DNA of 64,000 nucleotides from Batkoa obscura (Eukaryota): NCBI GenBank assembly GCA_030770535.1, contig JASVEC010000012.1, positions 62,001 to 126,000 of the forward strand, read 5' to 3'. Shown piece by piece: positions 26,192 to 38,012 of this stretch (position 1 is its first letter; each line of letters starts with the position of its first letter). The notes under the pieces were generated by a model. It saw only the letters and a program-made list of their open reading frames with translations, ran no database searches and was not told where the DNA came from. The position numbers and the translations under genes were made by a program.

Positions 26192-27220
26192 CTTTTTTTT
26201 CTAAATGTTTAAAAATTAAAAATTAAAAATTAAAAATTAAAAATTAAAATTCATAAAACTAAAATTCTGCTTAGTGGAGTTGTCATAATAATGTATTGAG
26301 TCCCATAATTTTTTACAAGATAAATATAGTAAATTACAATATTATTAATAAAATGTAGAACTGATGACAATGCTCAACTTTATGATATTTAAAAATTGAT
26401 TTTATTGATTTTATTTTAAATCAAGCGCTATTGAGTGTATTTATAATACTAATAAAGTAATTCGATTTATCTAAATATAATCAATTTAGATAAGTTTAAA
26501 AACCTTAGCTAAAATTCAATATCCAATTTTGCAATTAGATTGTTTTAGTTCATTTTTCTGTAGTATAAATTGAAAAAAATAGTAATTAAATATAAGATAA
26601 AAACACGTTTTCATACAAGTTATTTTAAAATCAATCAAAAAAAAATACAGCCATTTTCATAGTGTATAATGCTTAACTCCCAATTATTGCCAATATTAAT
26701 ATAGAATAAAAATTGAAACAAGCTTTGAAATTAACTTATAGAAAGTATACAATGAAACAATGGAATTAATCTTTTGAGTACCAGTTATCTCAAAAAAATG
26801 GCATTTGATTGGATTATAATTTGGAATTAATTTGATGTCAATTACAAATTTTAAAAACTCAATACCAAAAGGGTTAATTTACTTAAACTGTAAGTGCAAT
26901 CTTTTTGATTTGATTTTGCTTAAAAATCATAATTTAGTATTATTCATCATAATTGAATTACGATCTACAAGATTTTGAAGAGTATTATTCCTTCACAATA
27001 TACAAGTAGTTATTATGCATAACATTGAAAATGACTGGACACCTTTAATGATATAATGGTAGTATTAAGGAGAATAAAGTAGCAGGTTAAACTACTTTAA
27101 AGAGTTATAACATCATTAAAGTTGATCAACAGATAATATAAAATACAATTTATATAAAGAAAGCAAACAAAATATTTCAATATATGAAATATATATTCTT
27201 TTTTATTATATTATTTAACA

Positions 27221-27418
27221 ATGAATACTCAATTAATTGCTCTGTTTATAGTTACCGTCTTTACTGTACCAACTAATGTCCAAAGCGAAGAAAAATTAAG
27301 CGCTTCTAATTCTAATTCTAATTCTAATTCTAATTCCAATATTGTATCTAATACGTTTGTAAGATGAGGACTTGGGGATTTAACAGAAGATTTACCTATT
27401 GTTAATGGTCTTCTCTGA
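27221..27418 (+). pseudogene. Small secreted prepro-peptide gene with in-frame TGA at the predicted dibasic cleavage site
   Basis: MNTQLIALFIVTVFTVPTNVQSEEKLSASNSNSNSNSNSNIVSNTFVR*GLGDLTEDLPIVNGLL*; TATATAAA at ~27151; signal peptide similar to 43395 and 18146. Confidence 0.55.
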
Positions 27419-27777
27419 AGATAGTTGTTTATATTATCCCATTTATCACTATACTTAAATATATTAGATTTCTTATTACTATTCGTATATTATTACTTAT
27501 AATAGATATTTTAACTACTTTTATTTTACTTTTTATTATATTCACAAACTATTTTATATGCGACAATTAATTTAATTTATAGTAGTTTATAAACTTAATA
27601 ATCAGTGTAACTTGATATATAATTATAAAAGTTTAAAAGTAAAAGTAGTAGATAGTATTAAAATTTAATAATAAAATAAAAGATTAAAAGTTAAATATCG
27701 GAAAGAGAGTAAGTAATATACAAGCTCTTGAAAAAGTAATTATCGGCATTTTATGCTAAAAACGCAAAAAGTGATAT

Positions 27778-27874
27778 GGAGATGCCTTTTTTTGTTTAAC
27801 AATTTTACTAACAATTTTTCCACTCAAATAGCGTTCAAAAATGGAAAAAGTAATGAAACCAAAAAAATACTCCC
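27778..27874 (-). mobile_element. MITE family A, copy 11
   Basis: TSD ATAT/ATAT. Confidence 0.85.
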
Positions 27875-28811
27875 ATATGTTACCTACCAGAGTGATAGTG
27901 AAAGTATATTATCCATTAAAAGCAATCAGAGTAATAAGGATAACGGTAGAGGAGGAGAAAGTGACAGCCAACATTCTTTTTTGTATCTTTATAATAGGTA
28001 TTTGTAGTTTTCAAAATTTTCAATCTTTAATCATATTCAAAAAGGGATAGAATTGAAATAAAGTAAAAAACAAAATATACTTTTTAATACAATTGTTGAA
28101 ACTTTTAAAACAAATAATTCATTGAGTAGATTGATACTTTTTTTTAGATACACTGACCAAATTTAAAAGAAAGAAGTAGTAGTGAGAAGAAATAGGATAA
28201 GTTTAAACTTTGAGAACTATACTTACTACATCCGTGTCGAAATTATTTGAGTTAGTATTTAAGTTTGTTAAAGTATCATTAATCTTAAGTTGAGAAATAA
28301 TAATAATAATAATAATAAGTATTTTTTTAATGCTTACTTTGAAAAGGGCAATATTTTATTTATACAATATTTTCAAGCCTCACTGATCTCAAGAAATTGA
28401 AGTTGTTTCGTTTTTTTTAATAATTTTTAACTAAATTAAATAGTAGCAAATATCATAACTAAATCATAATAATTATAGCTAAAACTTTAATAATTTTCAT
28501 TATAAATTTTCATCCTTTGTTGATTTTTGGTTAAAATTATTATTGAAAAAATTTCAATGTAATCTGTTCTAATTTTACTCTGAAAGATAAACGTAATAGT
28601 GTGAGATTCTTGTGCTTGAGTTTCAATAAAATATCAAGTATTTACAATAGAAGTAAAAAATAGAAAATAACAGTTAGAATATTGAAAAATTATGAAAATT
28701 ATAAAGATTAGAAAATTAATTGAAATTTAATGCATCTAAATTCCACTATTCCCACAATGACTTTCCAGCTAATAATGTACAAAATCAAAGAACATTCATT
28801 GAATGAAACTG

Positions 28812-28955
28812 TTATCGCCATTTTTAGTGTACAATTATTACTATTTTTTAAAACAGTGGTTCTTAATTGAAGGGATGTGCGATAAATTAATTTAAGTTTA
28901 TTTTTTATTGATAATTGAGTTTAGTCAATTATCGACTTTTACGACTTAGATACTT
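28812..28955 (+). ncRNA. H/ACA snoRNA, SNORA70/U70-like guide (copy 1)
   Basis: Hairpin - H box AAATTA (28884-28889) - hairpin - ATA+3 nt (28950-28955); pocket GTGTA (28827-28831) / AAGGG (28870-28874) pairs with 18S CCCUU-UG-UACAC; 14 nt from pocket top to each box. Confidence 0.75.
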
Positions 28956-29088
28956 AAATAAAATTTATAAAAATGAAGAAAATATGTAATTAAAAAATTT
29001 TGAAGAATAAATACTCCCATTTTCTCCTTTCCCACAATACTCTATTCACTATAAAAAAATAAGACCTTGATTCTTATAAAATAATATT

Positions 29089-29232
29089 TTATCGCCATTT
29101 TTATGTGTACAATTATTACTATTTTTCAATAGTTGTTAATTGAAGGGATGGACGATAAATTAACTTAAGTTTTTTTTTGTTAATGCTTATAAAATTAAAA
29201 TGAGTTATTAACTTTGTACGGCTTAAATATTT
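29089..29232 (+). ncRNA. H/ACA snoRNA, SNORA70/U70-like guide (copy 2)
   Basis: Same architecture: pocket TGTGTA (29104-29109) / AAGGG (29143-29147), H box AAATTA 29157-29162, ATA 29227-29229, 14-nt spacing in both hairpins, compensatory stem changes versus copy 1. Confidence 0.75.
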
Positions 29233-29771
29233 AAGAAATAATAATAAAATTAGCTTATAAAATTATATTTTGTTGGGGATACCTTGTATTTTTGGATGAA
29301 CTTGCATTTATCAGTGTTCACAGCTTTTGAATCTGTTTAGATGATTGTTACTTTTTTATTTTTTATTTTGTGCATTTTACACAATTGATCGATACAATGA
29401 CTGCCATCTAGTTACTAAAACATTCTGTTTTGACTTTAACAATAGAAAACTCATTTAGAATTGACTTTTCCCCTTTTTATACTTCTTAGTTAAATAATCA
29501 TTATTTGTCCCTTTAAGTCCAAGAGTTTTCAAAAATAAGTTTACAAAACTTACAAGTAAACTTTAAAACAATCTGAGTTTTACTAAAAATTCATAATATC
29601 AAATAAAATACTGATGATAAATGTTCGTAAATCAAAAGCAAATAAGCTAATAAAATAACAAAAATCAAAATCAGAATACAATAAATCTCCCAGCTATAAA
29701 TAAAACTTTATTTTGGATTTCAAAATGTTTTAAACATACTTCTACCAGCCATAAAGTTATTGAATTTACTA

Positions 29772-30125
29772 TTACACATGTTCCCTCCATCTCACTCTTT
29801 CACCTCTTGTTGCTCCTCCTGCACCATTAATCAAACCCGCTACATGTTTTTCCATCAATACCAATATCAATAAAGAAAAGCTACCCATTGTTAGTACAAA
29901 TAACACTAATGCAAACCCTCTTAGTAGAAATTGAATTGTTTTAACACTGAGAAGTAGAACTAAAGAGGTGATAAATATTATGATTAAAGCGTTTAAGATA
30001 TCTAGAGAGTTGAAAGTATTGTGGAGAGTGTCTTTGGATTCAATGAGTTTAGTACAAAAGGGATGGATGTTATTCTCAAATTGAACAATAAATTGTTTAA
30101 TGTTTTCAAGGGGGATATTATTCAT
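29772..30125 (-). CDS. Small 2-TM membrane protein (possibly Apq12-like), paralog A
   Basis: 117-aa intact ORF, two hydrophobic segments, close paralog at 32047; TATA-like element upstream. Confidence 0.7.
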   Translation of the reverse strand: MNNIPLENIKQFIVQFENNIHPFCTKLIESKDTLHNTFNSLDILNALIIIFITSLVLLLSVKTIQFLLRGFALVLFVLTMGSFSLLILVLMEKHVAGLINGAGGATRGERVRWREHV

Positions 30126-30861
30126 GTTTTAAAAGTTAGTATTTATACACTATATTAATTTAATGGGAAAAAATAAGTCAAAAGTTGAACAACTAAAATA
30201 AAAAGTAATTTAGTGGATTAAAAGTTAAATTTCTTTATAAGGAGAGTCTAAATAGTTACATCGCAGCTGTTTTAATAGAAAATATTTATCAAAAAAATAA
30301 ATTGACCAATAAAAACGCCTAAAATCAGGTCAATTGTTATTATGATTGGTTTTTGGTTTTGGATATGAAATTATCCAATTTCCAGACTTTAAAGTCATCA
30401 AATTCTAATAAGCTCAAAACTCGAAACCGTAATTTACCACAAAAGTTCTGACTATGAAAACTTGAAATATTTATACTTTAAACCTTATAAATATTATGTC
30501 AATTATAATATTATAATTTATCTTATCATAATATATCTGACTCCATTTGGCCGCATTTAAAGATCTGGACTATTTCCCTAAACATTATAAATTCAAAGAT
30601 CATTCTTAAATAAACAATACCTTTTCAAATATAAAATTAAATTTGAAACTTGTTTAAATATTTCTTTTCTCTATTTGTAGAGCTACTCATAAAAGAACTT
30701 TCCCTAATTAACGTGGAAAGTTTCAATTAGATTTTTTTTGAAGTTTTTAGAGCAGTTTCAATCATCTAATGTCAAAAAACGCTAAAATAGCATTTTTTGG
30801 TGTTATTTTAACAATATTAGTTTTTATTTTAATCACTCCTAACATAAATAATTTAGAATTT

Positions 30862-30960
30862 GAGTATGTTTTTTTTGGTTTCATTACTTTTTCCATTTTT
30901 TAAGCGCTATTTGAGCAGAAAGATTGTTAGTAAAATTCTTAAACAAAAAAATACCTCCAT
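30862..30960 (+). mobile_element. MITE family A, copy 12 (degenerate ends)
   Basis: Internal consensus intact; termini mutated. Confidence 0.8.
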
Positions 30961-31029
30961 ATAATAGATTTAATTAGCTTTAGATGATTTCGCTACTAAA
31001 AGTTATCATGTTTTTAAATTCAGGTACAA

Positions 31030-31290
31030 TTAATTCGGAGTTTTTTATTAAATTATTCCCTGATATTATACTTTTTAATAAAGCTATTAAGTTTTATAAT
31101 ATTTTGTATAGATTTTATAATAATAACTTTTAATTTACTTATTTTATATAGTCTATGGCTTATTATGTATCATTTTTATCAATTTAAGTTTATTTTAGTT
31201 ATATAAACTATGATTTTTTAGCTTATAGCTAGTTAATTAAGCAACGACTGCTTTTAACTCCAATTATTAAATATTAATATTATATTTATT
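31030..31290 (+). repeat. Dispersed repeat family B, AT-decayed copy
   Basis: Aligns to 44270-44535 (same strand) and 43875-44070 (reverse), e.g. TTATATAAACTA...GTTAATTAAGCAA.GACTGCTTTTAACTCCAA. Confidence 0.75.
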
Positions 31291-32046
31291 TTAAATAATT
31301 TTATTTTAATATAGCTTTTAATATTTTTTTATAAATTTAATAAGTGATTTGTTTTTTATAATAATAATGATATAATTTTAGCTATTATTAAACACGAGAA
31401 ATTTAAATAAGGTGAGTTTTTTTAAATAATTTTATAGCATTATTTTATAAACACATGACTTAACTTTTGTTAATATAATAAATTTTTTTAATGTGTGTTT
31501 GTTTTGCTATTGATTAAAAATATTTTTTGACCTACCGTTTTTCTAATATTTATGTATAAAAAGTTATGTCTTTTACTAGGACTCACTAATAAACTTAATA
31601 GGACAGTGAAATTTTGTAGCAAAATTTCTCAATGTGTAGTCAATTATATACTTCGTTTGGTAAGTTCTTCTTATCAAAATAGTTACATTGTTATCATTTA
31701 GACTCTCTCTTTCTAAATGGTCTCCTTCTCTTTCTCTTATTTTTAATTAAACAACTTCTTCCTTTGTCCTTTTGTCAAAAAGAAACAATTTTACAAAATT
31801 TCTAATGAAAGTGAGCTTCAAAAAATAACTCGAGTTTTATTGAAAGTTCATAAAATCAAATCAAAAAATAACACCAAAAAATAATTATACCATAAGCAAG
31901 TAAAGTAATAATAGAAAGACAACAAAAACGCTATTATACTTAAAATCTGATAAAAATACCTCAGCTAAAACTTTATTTTAATTTTGATAATTTCTACAAT
32001 CTCCACAATAATATTTCTACAAAAAATACTACAATTAAACGTAACC

Positions 32047-32406
32047 TTATACTTGCTCCCTCCATCTCACTCTTTCGCTTCCTGTTGCCCCTGACCCCCC
32101 TCCTCCTGAAAACAAATCTATTACATGTTTTTGCATCAATACCAATATCAACAATGAAAAGCTGCCCATCGTTAATACAAATAACATCAAGGCAAACCCA
32201 CGTAATAAGAATTGAATTGTTTTAACACTGAGTAATAAAATTAGAGAGGTTGAAAAGATTAGAATTAACGCGGTTAAAGTATCTAGAGAGTTGAAAGTAT
32301 TGAGGAGGCTGTCTTTGGATTCGAGTAATTTTTGATAAAATGGGCGTATATTAATCTCATTTTGGACAATGAATTGCCTGATGTTTTCAAGAGGAATATT
32401 ATCCAT
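32047..32406 (-). CDS. Small 2-TM membrane protein (possibly Apq12-like), paralog B
   Basis: 119-aa ORF, tandem duplicate of 29772..30125 with many synonymous differences. Confidence 0.7.
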   Translation of the reverse strand: MDNIPLENIRQFIVQNEINIRPFYQKLLESKDSLLNTFNSLDTLTALILIFSTSLILLLSVKTIQFLLRGFALMLFVLTMGSFSLLILVLMQKHVIDLFSGGGGSGATGSERVRWREQV

Positions 32407-33327
32407 TTTTTGGTTTTTTTATTGCTACGTTTATGTGTGAGTTTAATGAGGAAAATATAGGTTGAAAGTCCAATAACAAATAAAAAGTAATTCGGAGGGT
32501 TAAAAAGGTTAATTTTTATAATACTTTAAAATTATGCTTAACTTTGATCTTTGAGTTTGGAATAAGTTTTTAGTCTAAACTTTCTACCAATCAAATTCTT
32601 CCATTTAGAAAATTTTCAAAAACAATGATCCTATTCTAAATTTGCGTGGGAAAATGATCTCAGCAAGATTGCGCTTTGAATGCTCTTATTTATTTGGACA
32701 GCAATGTTCAATTTTAAAAGTGTAGGAATACGCAACAGGTTTTTCTGAACTTAAAAAAATGTAGACATCTCTTTGGTGTGGTATTGTATTAGGCAGCTTC
32801 ATAACTGCTTAAAACTCTAGGGGTGAATAATTGCAATAGTAGTAATTTTCTATAATACAAATTTACCTTTTTAAACATAATGAACTCTGACTAATAAAGA
32901 CTTTGTTAAAAATACTCAAAAAAACACTCCTCTTATGTAACTAGTGTTCTTTGGTTTTTTCAAAAAGGAGTTCTTATTATTGATGAACTGACTTGATATA
33001 AGCTTTAACGATAATAAATTATTCAAACAATAAACTTCTAGCTTATTTATACTAGTTAGATGCTTATAATAATTCATAATATTATAATCTAACGGTAATG
33101 TAATGAATGGACAATGTAATAGAAATGCATTTAATACTAACTCATAATGATATTATTCTCCAATGTAATAAACTATTAAATTAGTCATGAATTATATCAC
33201 AGCTAAAAAACTACAAAAATAAAATCTCCATTTTATTAATCTTAAAAACAAACATAAATCCTATTCATCACACATATTCAAACTATACTTAAATCACATT
33301 ATCTTCTTGCATCCCCTTCTTTCCACC

Positions 33328-36300
33328 TTAAGACAATTCAAACCCAGATTCTGAATTAATAGCATATAATAATTTCCTAAAAAAAACAATAAATTAATAG
33401 CTCATCCTAGTATTTCATAACTCAAAAACTTACTTTTTTAATATCGCTTTAGAGGAATAAATTGGTAACTTTAATAAATTAACACAAGTAGAGGCAGTTG
33501 GAAGCCACTCATCTGATCTACCAGAATCTCTAATACAAAGTGGTGGATTCAATGCTTTAAAACCTTGTAAGGGGGGTCTTTGACAAGAAGTAATAAATTT
33601 TAATAATCTAGCTACTGTATCATGATTCATTTCTTTAACAATTTCCCAAAAAGCAATAATTAATGGATGGTTTTGATCATATACTCCAGAATATACTGTG
33701 TTTTCTTGGAAGTCAGAGATTTGAATGGCTTGTTCGGTTCCACTTATTACCATTTGTAATTCTTTTTCATTAAACATTTTTAACCAATGTAAAGGTAGGA
33801 TTTCGTTAATTCCATTTAAAAAGGCTGTCGATTGTTTTTGAATTTGTTTATTTAATCGATAATTGGCTACATAATAAATATATTCAATTTTATTCATTGA
33901 AGTTACTGCTATCTTTTCGCCATTTGGTATTAATTCAATTGCCCTATTTCCTGTTGAATCTTTATCAATTAATGTAAAATTTAAGCCAAAATCTTTTTCT
34001 ACATCTCCAGTATATTTTTTTAAGATCATTAATCCTGAATATAATTCATTATCTAAGGATGGTAAATCATCAATATATGACTTTTTATTTAACCAATTTG
34101 ATAAAAAAAATTTAGCAAATGAAGCTTCAATTAATATACCTTCATATAATGCTTTACCTACCATCCTACCTAAAAATTCATAATATTTTAATCTGTTGGA
34201 ATTCCTATTAAATATGGAGGGATTAGGATATAATAAATGATCATTTGTTGTTGAAAATAATTGCATTTCAATTGAAAAGGCTTGATTCATTAATTCTTCT
34301 AAAAATTCTTTGAACACTCCTCCACCATCAATACCCGCTTCAGCCATTCCTAATTGATTCACTAAAGATATACTGATTCTTCCCTTTAATTTACTTCCTC
34401 GGGGATTTAATAATTCAAATCCATCTTCAAATATAGAACTTCTCCTTATTGTTACTGGTTGTTCTGCCCCTCTAGCAAATATTAAGGGAGCATTAACTTC
34501 AATTCTATAACAATGTAAAATTATTATTTATATTAATATATTAAACAATAAATCAAATTTTACCTTTGCCTTTCTAAAAACAATAATTGAGAAAAAATCT
34601 CAACTCTTTGATTAAAAGGCACTACAAATGGAATATTTTGTAATATATCACATAAAGGAGAAGGAACTGTTGATAAATTAAAATTCTCATCATCTTGTTG
34701 ATTCTCTAATGCAATTTGTAAATCAAAAAATTCTGTTGCAGCTTGATTAGCAAAATTTGAATTTTGAATTAAATGCCAGTTATTTAACCAAACATTATCA
34801 GATAAAAATTGCTGTCTTGAATTTTTAGCATGAATTTTACGTAATAAAGAAATGGCTAAACTTTTAAATTCTTCTAATGTTATTGTTGTATTAGAAATAT
34901 TTTTATCTAATTTATATGTATCTCTATTTAATATTAATTTTACCAAACAAGATGATAATATATTAATTAAATTTTCAAATTCCGTAGATGTTAACGAAGT
35001 AATACCATTATTGTCATCAATTTTATCATCACCTAAAACAGATAAATGTTGATCATTTGAAAATAAAAATAAATAAAATATGGACCAATCATCTTTGTAT
35101 ATTGGATCTATAAAAGAAATATAAATAAATATATTATAATAAAACATAATAAATAATATTTACCTTTTAACAGGTTCACATCAACATTTTGAATTCTTCT
35201 AATAAATTCAGATTGACAAACTAACTCCCATAATATTGGTACAAAAGAACGATTAATTTTATCGGTTGGAAAAGTACGATTAATTAAAGCAGAGATTCTA
35301 AATTTAGTATTTGGCCATTGAGTTATTATATTGAATAAATATAATGCTAATAGTTTTAAATTGGGATCATTTTGAGTAGTTATGTTTTTAAACATTCCTC
35401 TTAATAAATCAATACTCGCCAATTTTTCAATTGACTGCATTTGTTTCGTACTCGCAGTGATAGTTTCAGTATTTGCTTCTTTATATGATAGTTCCTCAGC
35501 TTGTTGTTTATTGACTTCAAGTTCATTATCGCTATCTATTTATTTTGTGTTGATAGTCTATTTATATAAAAATAATACTAGATAAACCTTACCATCTGAA
35601 TCTTCTGACTCAAAATCTTTTCGCTTATAAGAAACAGAAACTAAATAACTTAACACATTTATATAAATTAACTAAACAAAATAAAATATTAAACACGTAC
35701 ATATATATTAATATAGCTTACTAAATCTTTAGATTTCATTAATTTCAAATTCGGAGTACAATCCAATACATTACATAATAGTGTAAATGTGTTAACATTT
35801 ATCAACTTCGTTAAAATATTCTGAGCAATCAATTCCTCTAAAGTCATAATCAGCAACATAAAATTCAACTGTTTGCTTAATTGATTGAACAATTGATTTG
35901 AAAGTATATCTACTAAAGATAACAATGGTAAAAACTCCACTATAAAGGGTTTATAAATTTGTATTGTTTCAATGTCAAATGCTACTCGTAGTGTTTCTGG
36001 TTTTAATATTCTTCCTATAATAATAAAAATACTATTTCTGGTCTATTTAAATATGATTATTAATTTTCTACATAAAAATACGATTGGCTTACATAACCCG
36101 AGGTAATTGCTTTTTGAAATGCCTTATATATGCCATTATTAGCCAAACTAATCTGAATTAATCGATAAATGGAAGTGTTTTCTACTTTAATGCTATAGAA
36201 TAATTAAAATTTCATACATAAAAATAACTAAATTTAATTTACCTTAAATTATTAAAATATGATTTCTCCGTTATTGCAAGTATAAAATTCAATGTTGAGG

Positions 36301-36974
36301 AACTATTTTAAACATCAAAATTAGTTATTATTTAAGATAAATAAAATTGACTTACCTAGTATCTTTGAACGCTTTAATCCCCAATTTGGCCAGAGAATTG
36401 ATCATATATGGCCAACAGCTAGGAACTAGAGTACTATATAATGGACTGAGAACAAAAGGAACTAATCAAAATATTTATTAAAGCCAAAAACTACAATATA
36501 GAAACTACTATTACTTTGAATATCAGAGCCACTCAGTTGAACTTGTTTACTACCTGTGTCAAGTAAAAAGACAACTCGTTCAATATCTCTTTTTTTATCA
36601 TAAAAAGAAGATATTAAACAAACTAATTGGTAAAAAGTATCATAGTGATCCACTATTTCCTCAGTATTTGACTGTAATTTGGAAATAAGCTGATCAAATT
36701 CTACTCTTCTTTCTTCAGCAATTTGCAACTTATAAAGAAATTTTCTCGAACTTGTCTATATAAAAAAATTTTTAAAAAATAATCACAATTAGCTTGATTA
36801 TAATCAAAACCTTACCTGAATAATACTAGCTGATTTATTTCTAATCCTAGTTTCCTCTCTCTTTTTCCTTTCTTCTCTATTGTGGTTTAATATCTCTTGC
36901 TTGCTTAAACTTGCCGTTTTGCCTCCAAGGTTTATTGCCTTACGTTGAGTACTTTTTCCTTCAAAATTCCACAT
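33328..36974 (-). CDS. HUL5: HECT E3 ubiquitin ligase, UBE3C/Hul5 family (multi-exon)
   Basis: N-terminus MWNFEGKSTQRKAINLGG + IQ-like motif; IPFVVPFNQRVEIF; EAGIDGGGVFKEF; catalytic LPTASTCVNLLKLP; C-terminal SGFELS*. Confidence 0.9.
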
Positions 36975-37271
36975 TTTTGTATTTGTTTTCTTCTATATTT
37001 TGTTTTGCTTGTTTTGTTTATTTGTTTTATTTATAACGAAGTAGACATGTTGAATTATAAATTAAGAAGTTTACTGCCTTGCTTGGTCAATCGCTTGAAT
37101 TTTAACTTTATGACGATAGTGTGGGTTGATTGGTTGGAGTTTAAGGCTTCAGAGGTTTGGTTTTTTTTCAAAATCGTTAAAAGTTTTTTGATGTTCACAA
37201 CATAGAAATATTTAATAATAAATGAAAGTATTTACATTGAAAAGATTTTATATAAAAGTTATTTCAATGCA

Positions 37272-37308
<37 letters not shown>

Positions 37309-37398
37309 GTTATTATTAGTTGATTGATCTTTTTTATATAATTGAACACATTTTTAAACTCAGTAATATTTGTATTTTAATTACTAATAAATATATTT

Positions 37399-37492
37399 GG
37401 GGGTATTTTTTTTTGATTTCATGACTTTTTCGATCTTGAAAGTGCTATTTAAATAGAAAAGTTAAAGTTCTTTAACAAAAAGGGACATCCCC
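37399..37492 (+). mobile_element. MITE family A, copy 13 (diverged)
   Basis: GGGGGTA...CATCCCC with small internal deletion; flanks ATTT/ATAT. Confidence 0.78.
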
Positions 37493-38012
37493 ATATTTTT
37501 TGTAAAAAAAAGAACATTTAAACTAGAAAAAAGCTGAGTTGTAAGTTTAAATAAATAGTAATCATTTAATAACCATGGTTTATTAAACAAAATACATTAT
37601 GTCTGATTACATATAAAGTGTTTCAATATATCTTTAATTAAAATGAGCAATAGCATTCTTACTTAATACTTACTTTTTGTTATAGCAAACCTAGTCACAA
37701 ACCCATGCTATCCCTCTTTTAACGCAAAAACTTAGGCACTTCAACGCAAAATCTACAATTTATTCACTAAAATCTGCAACCCATCCTCAAATTCCTCAAC
37801 CACTCTAAAAAAAAGCAATTTTTGAATTTAAAAGGCAAATCTCAACCTTAGAAAAAATGAACGAATCAATTACGAAACTGCACCAATTTTGAACCAAAGA
37901 AATTGGAAGTTTGAATCATTCAAAGTTGTGATGGAAGAAGAATTTTTATAAAAGATAAAGGAAGATTGGGGATTGGATAATTTTTGACTTTGAATTAAGA
38001 AAGGTTGAAAAT

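Noticed and set aside
27365..27367. Selenocysteine or programmed readthrough at the in-frame TGA
   Set aside because: No redox-type context and no convincing SECIS seen downstream; a nonsense mutation of an Arg codon is simpler
27753..28050. ORFs of 84 and 69 aa
   Set aside because: They run through MITE copy 11 and have no recognisable protein features
36945..37205. 86-aa hydrophobic ORF on +
   Set aside because: Non-ATG start, overlaps the HECT ligase 5' end and promoter antisense; explained by T-rich composition
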